From the NCBI GenBank assembly GCA_938009235.1, contig CALLIK010000004.1, positions 365,725-429,724 on the forward strand: DNA of 64,000 nt, read 5' to 3'. The stretch comes from an uncultured Caulobacterales bacterium. GTDB taxonomy: Bacteria > Pseudomonadota > Alphaproteobacteria > Caulobacterales > Maricaulaceae. The position numbers and the translations under genes were made by a program. Position 1 is the first letter of the stretch. Every line of letters starts with the position of its first letter. Under the pieces are notes generated by a model. The model worked only from the letters and a program-made list of their open reading frames with translations, was not told the origin of the DNA and did not search any database. Below, piece by piece: positions 56,834-64,000 of this stretch.

Positions 56834-57832
56834 ATGAAATATCAATCTTCAGACAGGGCTTTCCCGACAACACGGCTTATGCAAAGCAAGCTCAACTCTA
56901 GTTTCAGGACGACATCTTTGGCCATTCCACTTCCATCAACTGATATCCCTACAGATATTCAAACTATGCGTGGGTTGATTGAGGCCCGTCTTTCGGAAGT
57001 TGTTCCATCTGTCACGACATGGCCTGCCCGCCTGCACGAAGCTCAACGACACGCCCTACTTTCACCTGGAAAACGCTTTCGGCCTTTGCTTTGTATATTT
57101 ATCGCAAAGGGTGGTGGCATACGAGATACGGTAGAGCTTGATGCCGCTATATCGACAGGGTGTGTCGCAGAAATGGTTCATGCAGCATCCCTAATTTTAG
57201 ACGATCTTCCCTGCATGGATGATGCCGACCTGCGCCGTAACCAGCCTACAACTCATATTGCATTTGATGAGAGTACAGCAATTTTATCTGCAACGGCTTT
57301 ACTCAACAGGGCTTTCGGCGTTCTTTCACGTTTGGATCAAGTTAGCGCAGAGCGGCGCATCGAAATGATTGACCTTCTGTCTTATGCAGTTGGGTCAAAA
57401 GGGTTGATTGCAGGACAGATGGCAGACCTTGCAAATGTCGACAAAGGCACAACGATTGCTGAAATTGAACGCTTAAATACGCTAAAAACAGGTGCTCTAT
57501 TTGACTTTAGTGTTGAATCTGCTGCGATTTTGTCTGGAATGCGAGCCTCACAACGCGCTGCACTTAAAGATTTTTCTTATCATTTAGGCTTGGCGTTCCA
57601 ACTTTTCGATGACGTTAAAGACGTTGTCATGAGTGACACTCAAGCGGAAAAATCCGTAAACCGCGACGTAGGGAAAGCAACGATTTTAGCTATAGCAGGC
57701 TCAGCAGCCTCTAAAGATAAACTGCGTGATTATTTAGACAGTGCTACCGCGGCTTTACAACGTGCGGAGTTATCTAATTTAGAGAGTCTCACCGCCATTT
57801 TGGACAATCAATTTGCCTTCCTCCGCACCTAA
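56834..57832 (+). CDS. crtE: Geranylgeranyl diphosphate synthase (CrtE-type polyprenyl synthetase)
   Basis: First Asp-rich motif in the CrtE-typical context LILDDLPCMDDADLRRNQPTTH, and second motif FQLFDDVKD. The start is uncertain: 56834, 56879 or 56966. Confidence 0.85.
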   Translation: MKYQSSDRAFPTTRLMQSKLNSSFRTTSLAIPLPSTDIPTDIQTMRGLIEARLSEVVPSVTTWPARLHEAQRHALLSPGKRFRPLLCIFIAKGGGIRDTVELDAAISTGCVAEMVHAASLILDDLPCMDDADLRRNQPTTHIAFDESTAILSATALLNRAFGVLSRLDQVSAERRIEMIDLLSYAVGSKGLIAGQMADLANVDKGTTIAEIERLNTLKTGALFDFSVESAAILSGMRASQRAALKDFSYHLGLAFQLFDDVKDVVMSDTQAEKSVNRDVGKATILAIAGSAASKDKLRDYLDSATAALQRAELSNLESLTAILDNQFAFLRT

Positions 57833-58772
57833 AATAGAGCCACGTAAATTGGTCTTACAGGCTAAAAATATATCCGTTATGTATGGGAAACATAAGGCTC
57901 TAGACAACCTAAGCTTAGACATAAGTTCGGGAGAGCTAGTTGGCGTCATTGGACCTAATGGAGCAGGTAAAACGAGCTTCATCAAAGCTTTGTGCGGAAG
58001 AGTTGACGTGAAAGGCCAGCTAGTCATAGGTAACACTAATCTTCAACAAGGCACAGATCGCAAGCGTCATATTTCGCTCGTGCCGCAAGACATCGGGCTC
58101 TACTCACACCTAACGGCAAGAGAAAATTTATCAGTCATTGGGCGTTTAGTCGGATTGAAAGATAAACTCGCCATAACAGAGGCCTTAGAGGCTGTGGAAA
58201 TGACGCCGCATGCGAAAACACGCATATCCGAAATGTCTGGTGGCATGAAACGGCGCATCAATGTTGCAGCTGCCATAATGTCAGATCCTGAACTTATTAT
58301 TTTTGACGAACCGACAGCCGGAGTTGATGCACCCGCACGCGATACGGTTCACCGACTAGCCCGAAAATTAGCAAATCAGGGAAAAGCCGTAATCCTGATC
58401 ACCCACGAATTAGAACAAGCCGAAGCCCTTTGCGATAAGGTTCTTGTCCTGTGCAAAGGTGAACGACTGGCCTACGAAGCCCCTTCTCGCTTACTCGAAC
58501 GCAGTTTTAAATCCCAACGCGAGGTTATGGTCCGTTATGCAACGCCGCCCGCCTCTGAAGCTCTGACTGCCATGAGCCCGTTTTCTTTCGAACAAGGCGA
58601 GCTACCAACAATATGGGTCGCAATGACAGATGCGAATGAAGTTAGTTTTGTCTCGGCCTTCCTGACGTCCCTCAAGGGACAAGATGACCTTGTTCGGGAA
58701 ATCAGCGTTCGCAGGCCTGGCCTTACGGCGCTGATGCACCGCATAGAAAAAACAGGTAAACTTGCCGCGTGA
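57813..58772 (+). CDS. ABC transporter ATP-binding protein (ABC-2/DrrA-like) with a C-terminal extension of about 90 aa
   Basis: Walker A GPNGAGKTS, signature MSGGMKRR and Walker B LIIFDEPTAGVD. It overlaps crtE by 20 nt and the permease gene by 4 nt. Confidence 0.9.
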   Translation: MPSSAPKIEPRKLVLQAKNISVMYGKHKALDNLSLDISSGELVGVIGPNGAGKTSFIKALCGRVDVKGQLVIGNTNLQQGTDRKRHISLVPQDIGLYSHLTARENLSVIGRLVGLKDKLAITEALEAVEMTPHAKTRISEMSGGMKRRINVAAAIMSDPELIIFDEPTAGVDAPARDTVHRLARKLANQGKAVILITHELEQAEALCDKVLVLCKGERLAYEAPSRLLERSFKSQREVMVRYATPPASEALTAMSPFSFEQGELPTIWVAMTDANEVSFVSAFLTSLKGQDDLVREISVRRPGLTALMHRIEKTGKLAA

Positions 58773-59863
58773 TTAGAGCCATCTTTAAAATAATGTGGCT
58801 GCGGCTCTGGCGCGATAAAGGCGCTTTAATCCTAGCGTTTGTCTTGCCTGGATTCATCTTCGCTGTTTTTGCGGCTATATTCTCTAATGCATCAGGCGGA
58901 AACCTCGATCTACGGGTCGCACTCGCCAATATATCCGAGGTAGAAACGACAATATCATTCCAAGACCAACTAATCGAAACAGGTGTTATATCTGTTACCT
59001 ATGAAGCGTCTTGGGGGAGCGAGGATGTCATAAAGCGTGTCAGGCTTGGGCAAGAAGACGTAGGCATTATTCTGTCTGGGGACATTTCAGACCCCTCAAT
59101 ACCTTCCATCAAAATCATTGAAGACCCTAGCCGAAAAGTTGCTGCAACAGTCCTAAAGGGTCAATTGCGCCAAATGCTAGTGACAAATGCAGGCCTAAAA
59201 GGTGCAGACCTTTTTGAGACCACCTCAGCTCTAAAGGCCGATACGGCTAAAACTCTAGAAGACCCAACCGTCACCTATTATATAGGGGCAACCGCTATTC
59301 TCTTCTTACTTTTTTCTGCGATGCAAGGCGCTGCGATTTCGATTGATGAGCGCCGCAGCGGGATCAGTGATCGTTTGATGGTCGGTCCTGTGGGGGCAAT
59401 GAATATTTTATCAGGAAAATTTGTCTTTCTATCTTCGATTGGGTTCATACAAGCGGCCATAATATGTGCTGTTGCGCAGATATTTTTTGATGTTCCAATT
59501 GTACAGCACATTAGCCCAGTTACATTAGCTTGCTTAGGCACAGCCGTTCTCTCATCTGGCCTCGCGTTGTTAATTGCATCCCTTTGCAGTACCCAAACCC
59601 AAATGCATACCGTCAGCACATTCACGGTCCTTCTGCTATCATCGATAGGTGGGTCAATGGTTCCAAGATTTATGATGCCAGCATGGTTACAAAGATTAGG
59701 TATAGGGACGCCCAATTATTGGTCGATAGAAGCATTCTATGGCGTTTTGGCACGGGGACAATCCGTCATTGATCTGCTACATGTCTGGATAGTGTTATTT
59801 GGCGGTGGAGGCATTTGCCTCTTACTGGCAGCTTTTATGTCACACAAATTAATGAGGGTTTAG
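58769..59863 (+). CDS. ABC-2 type transporter permease
   Basis: 364 aa. TM1 is followed by an extracytoplasmic loop of about 130 aa and then 5 C-terminal TMs. This is the YhhJ/YbhS-like ABC-2 topology. Confidence 0.85.
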   Translation: MIRAIFKIMWLRLWRDKGALILAFVLPGFIFAVFAAIFSNASGGNLDLRVALANISEVETTISFQDQLIETGVISVTYEASWGSEDVIKRVRLGQEDVGIILSGDISDPSIPSIKIIEDPSRKVAATVLKGQLRQMLVTNAGLKGADLFETTSALKADTAKTLEDPTVTYYIGATAILFLLFSAMQGAAISIDERRSGISDRLMVGPVGAMNILSGKFVFLSSIGFIQAAIICAVAQIFFDVPIVQHISPVTLACLGTAVLSSGLALLIASLCSTQTQMHTVSTFTVLLLSSIGGSMVPRFMMPAWLQRLGIGTPNYWSIEAFYGVLARGQSVIDLLHVWIVLFGGGGICLLLAAFMSHKLMRV

Positions 59864-60583
59864 GTGCAATCCACCACAACTGAACATACGGCGTTAAATA
59901 TGGGTCCTATATATGGCGGCCTAATCGTGGTTGCTTGGGTTTTCGTACATGTCTTTAGCGTTTTTTTCCACTACCTCTCAGCGCCTATTTGGCAAACGGT
60001 TGCCCTTATAGCCCTTCAATGTTGGCTATATACGGGCATGTTTATTGTTGCCCATGACACGATGCATGGATCTTTTCTGCCAAATCATGAACGATTAAAT
60101 AATGCCATCGGAAGCGCTATAATGTTTGTCTACGCGGGCTTTAATTGGCGCTCCATGCGATCTGCTCACCATGCTCATCATGACAATTCTGGTACAGCCA
60201 ATGATCCTGATTTCAATAAGCAGAACCCATATGCATTTTGGCCATGGTATTTTAAATTCTTCACAACCTATTTTCGGTGGCGGCAAATCATAGTCTTAGT
60301 TGGCTTTACGGCTTTATACCTCTTGCTCGGCGCGAGTTATCTCAACACTATTGTGATGTGGGCTATTCCTGCAATTATGTCATCAGTTCAACTTTTTTAC
60401 TTTGGCACCTATCTAACGCACAGACATTTAGACGCATTTCCAGACCACCACAATGCCAGAACAATTAACTTCAATCGTTTCCTGTCTTTGATATCCTGTT
60501 TTCATTTCGGGTATCATCACGAGCATCACCTTTTCCCACATGAGCCTTGGTGGAGACTACCGTATTGTAAGCGGGAGACATAA
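59864..60583 (+). CDS. crtW: Beta-carotene 4,4'-ketolase (CrtW, membrane fatty-acid-desaturase fold)
   Basis: The GTG start directly abuts the permease stop (TAGGTG). The three His boxes are HDTMHG, HHAHHDN and HHEHHLFP. Confidence 0.9.
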   Translation: MQSTTTEHTALNMGPIYGGLIVVAWVFVHVFSVFFHYLSAPIWQTVALIALQCWLYTGMFIVAHDTMHGSFLPNHERLNNAIGSAIMFVYAGFNWRSMRSAHHAHHDNSGTANDPDFNKQNPYAFWPWYFKFFTTYFRWRQIIVLVGFTALYLLLGASYLNTIVMWAIPAIMSSVQLFYFGTYLTHRHLDAFPDHHNARTINFNRFLSLISCFHFGYHHEHHLFPHEPWWRLPYCKRET

Positions 60584-60585
60584 AG

Positions 60586-61089
60586 ATGACTGTCTTAATA
60601 AACCTCAGCATAGTCATCGCATCTGTAATCGGGATGGAGCTCTTCGCGTGGGCCGTACACAAGTACATAATGCATGGTCCGGGGTGGGGTTGGCATGAAA
60701 GCCATCATACAGATTCAAACGGGATATTTGAAAAAAACGATCTCTACGGAGTTGTCTTTAGCTTCATAGCGGCGGGCTTTTTCGTAGTCGGGTCTTTGCG
60801 ATATAATTGGCTTTGGAACGTTGGTCTCGGCTTGACCCTTTATGGCGCTCTATATGCTGTGGTTCATGACGGCCTAGTACATCGACGCCTTCCCTTTCCG
60901 CGTAAAACACGTGGCACATATCTGAAACGCCTTGTCCAAGCGCACCGCCTTCATCATGCCGCACATACAAAGACAGGCTGTGTGAGCTTTGGCTTCATTT
61001 GGGCCGAAGATGTTCGCAAATTAAAAGCCCAATTAAAGGTCAATATGGCTGAAACAGACCAATCCCTTCAATCTGACCCAACGGAGTAG
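60586..61089 (+). CDS. crtZ: Beta-carotene 3,3'-hydroxylase (CrtZ)
   Basis: HKYIMHGPGWGWHESHH, HDGLVHRR and HRLHHA histidine motifs; 167 aa. It starts 2 nt after the crtW stop. Confidence 0.9.
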   Translation: MTVLINLSIVIASVIGMELFAWAVHKYIMHGPGWGWHESHHTDSNGIFEKNDLYGVVFSFIAAGFFVVGSLRYNWLWNVGLGLTLYGALYAVVHDGLVHRRLPFPRKTRGTYLKRLVQAHRLHHAAHTKTGCVSFGFIWAEDVRKLKAQLKVNMAETDQSLQSDPTE

Positions 61090-61094
61090 TTCAG

Positions 61095-61682
61095 ATGTCG
61101 AAAGGCTTTGGGCCTAATGATTTAGTTAACTGCTATCGGCGCGGCGTCTTTCCAATGGCGGACAGCCGCGAAGACGATTTCTTTTATTTAGTAGAACCAA
61201 AAGAACGCGGCATCCTACCACTTGATAAGCTTCACATATCACGTTCAATGCAAAAATTTCGACGAAAGACAGACTTAAAGGTTACGTTCAACACGGACTT
61301 TTCATCTGTTATTCAAGCCTGTGCGGATGAACGGGACGACACTTGGATTAGCTTTGGTATAGAAAGCCTCTATACACTTCTTCACAGGCGCGGCGAAGCC
61401 CATAGTGTAGAGGTTTGGGACGCCGATGTCCTTGTCGGTGGCTTATACGGCGTAACGCAAGGCGGCGCGTTTTTTGGTGAAAGCATGTTCTCCCGTCGGA
61501 CGAATGCGTCCAAAATTGCGCTGATACATCTTGTTGAACATTTAAATGATAAAAACTTTAGCCTTCTCGACACACAATTTCTGACAGAACATCTCGCCTC
61601 ACTTGGGGCTATTGAGATCCCTCAATCTGAATATCTAGAAAAATTATTGTCAGCCTTAGAAATTGACGCCTGTTTCGATTGA
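61095..61682 (+). CDS. aat: Leucyl/phenylalanyl-tRNA--protein transferase
   Basis: YRRGVFPM N-terminal motif and a GNAT-like C-terminal region with GESMFS. It starts 5 nt after the crtZ stop, and its GGAG RBS lies inside crtZ. Confidence 0.9.
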   Translation: MSKGFGPNDLVNCYRRGVFPMADSREDDFFYLVEPKERGILPLDKLHISRSMQKFRRKTDLKVTFNTDFSSVIQACADERDDTWISFGIESLYTLLHRRGEAHSVEVWDADVLVGGLYGVTQGGAFFGESMFSRRTNASKIALIHLVEHLNDKNFSLLDTQFLTEHLASLGAIEIPQSEYLEKLLSALEIDACFD

Positions 61683-61713
61683 CCTCTTACCTTAGAATGC
61701 GCAGAACAATTAA

Positions 61714-63069
61714 ATGAAAAACTTACTCCCCCTTATCCTCCCTCTAACGGCTTTAGCTGCGTGCCAAGCAAAAGAGGATACAGCTTCAGATACTGATAAA
61801 TCCGAAGTGGCCTTTGCGAGCACATACGCACCTCAAGCCTCACCTGATATGTTGCTCAAAAATGCAAAGATCATTGATGGCGTTAGCAACGAAATACGTG
61901 AGGGTGACATCCTTATCTCTGAAGGCAGAATAAGCTACGTTGGATCTGGCAGCATACCAGAGGGAATAAAACAGATAGATGTAGACGGTCGTTTTGTGAC
62001 CCCGGGAATCATCGACATTCATTCCCATCTGGGAAACTATCCATCACCTGGTGTGCAAGCCAATGGCGACGGTAATGAAGTCACAAGCCCAATCACATCC
62101 GAAGTTTTTGCGGAACATGGCGTTTGGCCACAAGACCCAGGCTTTGATGAAGCCCTGCAAGGTGGCGTAACAACCCTGCACATTCTACCCGGCTCTGCAA
62201 ACCTGTTTGGTGGACGTGGCGTCACCTTACGCAATATGCCGTCACATACGGTTCAAGGCATGAAATTTCCTAATGCACCTTACACTTTGAAAATGGCCTG
62301 CGGAGAGAACCCTAAACGTGTCTACGGCAGTAAAGGTGGCCCAGGCTCGCGAATGGGCAATGTTGCGGGTTATCGCAAAAATTGGATTAAAGCAGCGGCC
62401 TATAAGGTAAAACGAGATAAAGGCGGTGATTATGATCGCGACCTTCAACTTGAAACGCTTGCTGATGTTTTAGACGGAAAAATTCTAGTTCAAATGCATT
62501 GTTACCGTGCGGATGAGATGATTCAAATTCTCGATATCGCCAAAGAATTTGACTACAAAGTTACCACTTTCCATCACGCCGTTGAAGCCTACAAAATTGG
62601 CCCTGAACTTGCCGCAAGTGATACATGTGCTGCGATGTGGGCCGATTGGGGCGCGTTCAAAATGGAAAGCTTTGATTACATCAATGAAAACGTTCCCTTT
62701 GTCCATGCAGCAGGTGCCTGCGCGATGATTCATTCCGATGACCCAAACAATGTCCAACGACTCAACCAAGAAGTCGCAAAGACTTGGGCTGACGGAAACC
62801 GCGCAGGATTAAACATTTCAAAAGCTGAAGCCTGGAAGTGGTTATCGACTAACCCAGCTAAAGCCCTAGGTATATTGGAAGAAACGGGAACATTGGAAGA
62901 AGGCAAGCGGGCAGACATCGTAATTTGGGACGGTGATCCCTTCTCCACATACGGTCGCCCAAGTACAGTCATGCTTGATGGTGCCATTCTGTTTGATCGA
63001 AAAACTGGACTTAAACCAATGAGCGATTTTCGTTTAGGCTATAGCGATCTATCAGGAGACTTGAAATGA
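61714..63069 (+). CDS. Secreted/lipoprotein amidohydrolase-superfamily metallo-hydrolase
   Basis: Signal with LTALAAC lipobox and the canonical metal motif VTPGIIDIHSHLG (HxH); 451 aa. Confidence 0.85.
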   Translation: MKNLLPLILPLTALAACQAKEDTASDTDKSEVAFASTYAPQASPDMLLKNAKIIDGVSNEIREGDILISEGRISYVGSGSIPEGIKQIDVDGRFVTPGIIDIHSHLGNYPSPGVQANGDGNEVTSPITSEVFAEHGVWPQDPGFDEALQGGVTTLHILPGSANLFGGRGVTLRNMPSHTVQGMKFPNAPYTLKMACGENPKRVYGSKGGPGSRMGNVAGYRKNWIKAAAYKVKRDKGGDYDRDLQLETLADVLDGKILVQMHCYRADEMIQILDIAKEFDYKVTTFHHAVEAYKIGPELAASDTCAAMWADWGAFKMESFDYINENVPFVHAAGACAMIHSDDPNNVQRLNQEVAKTWADGNRAGLNISKAEAWKWLSTNPAKALGILEETGTLEEGKRADIVIWDGDPFSTYGRPSTVMLDGAILFDRKTGLKPMSDFRLGYSDLSGDLK

Positions 63070-64000
63070 GAGCACTTCTAATCACATCCGCTTTGGTTTT
63101 TGTTGCGCCTTCTGCCTTTGCTCAAACACTATTCCTCGACAATGCCACAGTTGTGGATGCGAATGGCGCGCAAAGCCAAATGGACATTATCCTTAAGGAT
63201 GGAAATATTAGGCAACGCGGCGCAGAAATACCCGCTCCGGCAGGCGCAGATACCGTCACAGGCGCTTGGGTCACACCTGGGCTTTTTGCTTCCATGTCAT
63301 CCTTAGGTCTCACCGATATTGGATCGACAGGTCCTGGCAATGATGTCTCATCAGAGACGTCTAAGACAAATGTCTCGGAGCGCGCTGTAGACAGCTTCAA
63401 TCCACGCTCAATACATATTCCAAATGTTCGCCAAAGCGGCGTCACCCACGCTCTAGTAGCTCCCCGAAGCGGTGGTAATAGCATTTTCGCAGGCACAGGC
63501 GCGATTGTGTCTTTGACGGGCGAATTCGACTCCGTCTTAAAGTCAGACGCCTTTGTTATGGTAGACTTAGGTGAAACAGGAACGATACGTGCCGGCGGCT
63601 CTCGAGCGGCGGCCATGGCGCAACTTCGAGCAGCGATTTATGATGCTGATGGTTTTTTCAAAAGATATGCGAACGATCCAACGGGCGGCGATGTTTTATC
63701 CCGTCAAGACGCGTTAGCGTTCAATCGAGCCACACGTGGAGACATTCCGATGGTTGTGCGGGTTAATCGTGCAGCAGACATCATGCGCCTAATCGACATA
63801 AAACAAACATCCAAATCCTTAGACATAATCATTGTCGGCGCCGCGGAAGCTTGGGAAGTCGCGGACGCGCTTGCTAAGAACAACATTCGCGTCATTATTG
63901 ATCCATTAGAAAATTTACCTAGCGCATTCGAAAGCGTTGGAGCCAGACTGGATAATGTGGCCTTCCTTGAAAAAGCCGGTGTTGATTACGCCATTGCAAA
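63066..64000 (+). CDS. Second amidohydrolase-family paralog, 3'-truncated by the window edge, lacking the HxH motif
   Basis: This ORF is not in the ORF track because it has no stop in the window. My own translation from ATG 63066 (ATGA overlap with the upstream stop) is open to position 64000. It gives the signal MRALLITSALVFVAPSAFA|Q. The position equivalent to DIHSH reads VTPGLFASMSSLG. Confidence 0.7.
   Translation, partial: MRALLITSALVFVAPSAFAQTLFLDNATVVDANGAQSQMDIILKDGNIRQRGAEIPAPAGADTVTGAWVTPGLFASMSSLGLTDIGSTGPGNDVSSETSKTNVSERAVDSFNPRSIHIPNVRQSGVTHALVAPRSGGNSIFAGTGAIVSLTGEFDSVLKSDAFVMVDLGETGTIRAGGSRAAAMAQLRAAIYDADGFFKRYANDPTGGDVLSRQDALAFNRATRGDIPMVVRVNRAADIMRLIDIKQTSKSLDIIIVGAAEAWEVADALAKNNIRVIIDPLENLPSAFESVGARLDNVAFLEKAGVDYAIA

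Noticed and set aside
1-64000. Looked for CRISPR arrays, tRNA/rRNA genes, IS elements, integrases, phage genes, toxin-antitoxin pairs and classical defence genes.
   Set aside because: I saw no short regularly spaced repeats, no cloverleaf-like or rRNA-like sequence in the few intergenic gaps, and no transposase-, integrase- or recombinase-like ORF in the six-frame track. The window reads as core chromosome. This was a scan by eye, so short non-coding RNAs cannot be excluded.

Overview
This is a 64-kb chromosomal window of about 48-50% GC. It is densely coding and mostly housekeeping, with no rRNA, tRNA, CRISPR array, IS element or phage gene that I can support.

All family assignments come from reading motifs in the supplied translations; no database search was run. 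Gene content and synteny point to a marine, pigmented, stalked or budding alphaproteobacterium of Caulobacterales/Hyphomonadaceae type. That placement is inference only. The supporting gene sets are:
- rluD-rpoH
- a 15-gene iscR-suf operon
- rpoZ-spoT-pyrE-pdxJ-acpS-lepB-rnc-era-recO
- an M23 peptidase overlapping a bactofilin
- crtE/crtW/crtZ

Recognisable modules, in order:
- kbl-tdh, followed by an iodotyrosine-deiodinase-like flavoenzyme
- alpha-2-macroglobulin plus PBP1C
- Hpt and CPBP protease genes and a membrane-anchored coiled-coil protein
- rluD and rpoH, the latter with a sigma32-type promoter
- the suf operon
- anmK and tyrS
- an AsmA/YhdP-like giant protein
- bcp
- the M23-bactofilin pair
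- parC
- the long era/rnc/lepB operon
- folK, an NYN-domain gene, a UDG, smpB, dapA and slt
- a ketocarotenoid operon, then aat and tandem amidohydrolases

The parts that known families do not explain, and that I rank highest:
1. A translationally coupled pair at 20300-21968. It encodes a secreted two-domain Ig-fold (PapD/DUF916-like) protein and a secreted acidic Gly/Ser/Thr/Asp-rich protein. No usher or other assembly machinery is nearby. A co-linear paralog of the second protein sits alone at 13092-13958, next to the macroglobulin gene.
2. An ABC-2 exporter embedded by overlapping or abutting codons between crtE and crtW-crtZ.
3. Five small unrelated genes stitched by 1-nt stop/start overlaps between sufB and sufC, plus a 57-aa two-TM ORF coupled between sufD and sufS.
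4. A bacterial iodotyrosine deiodinase homolog that keeps the substrate-binding triad and overlaps tdh.
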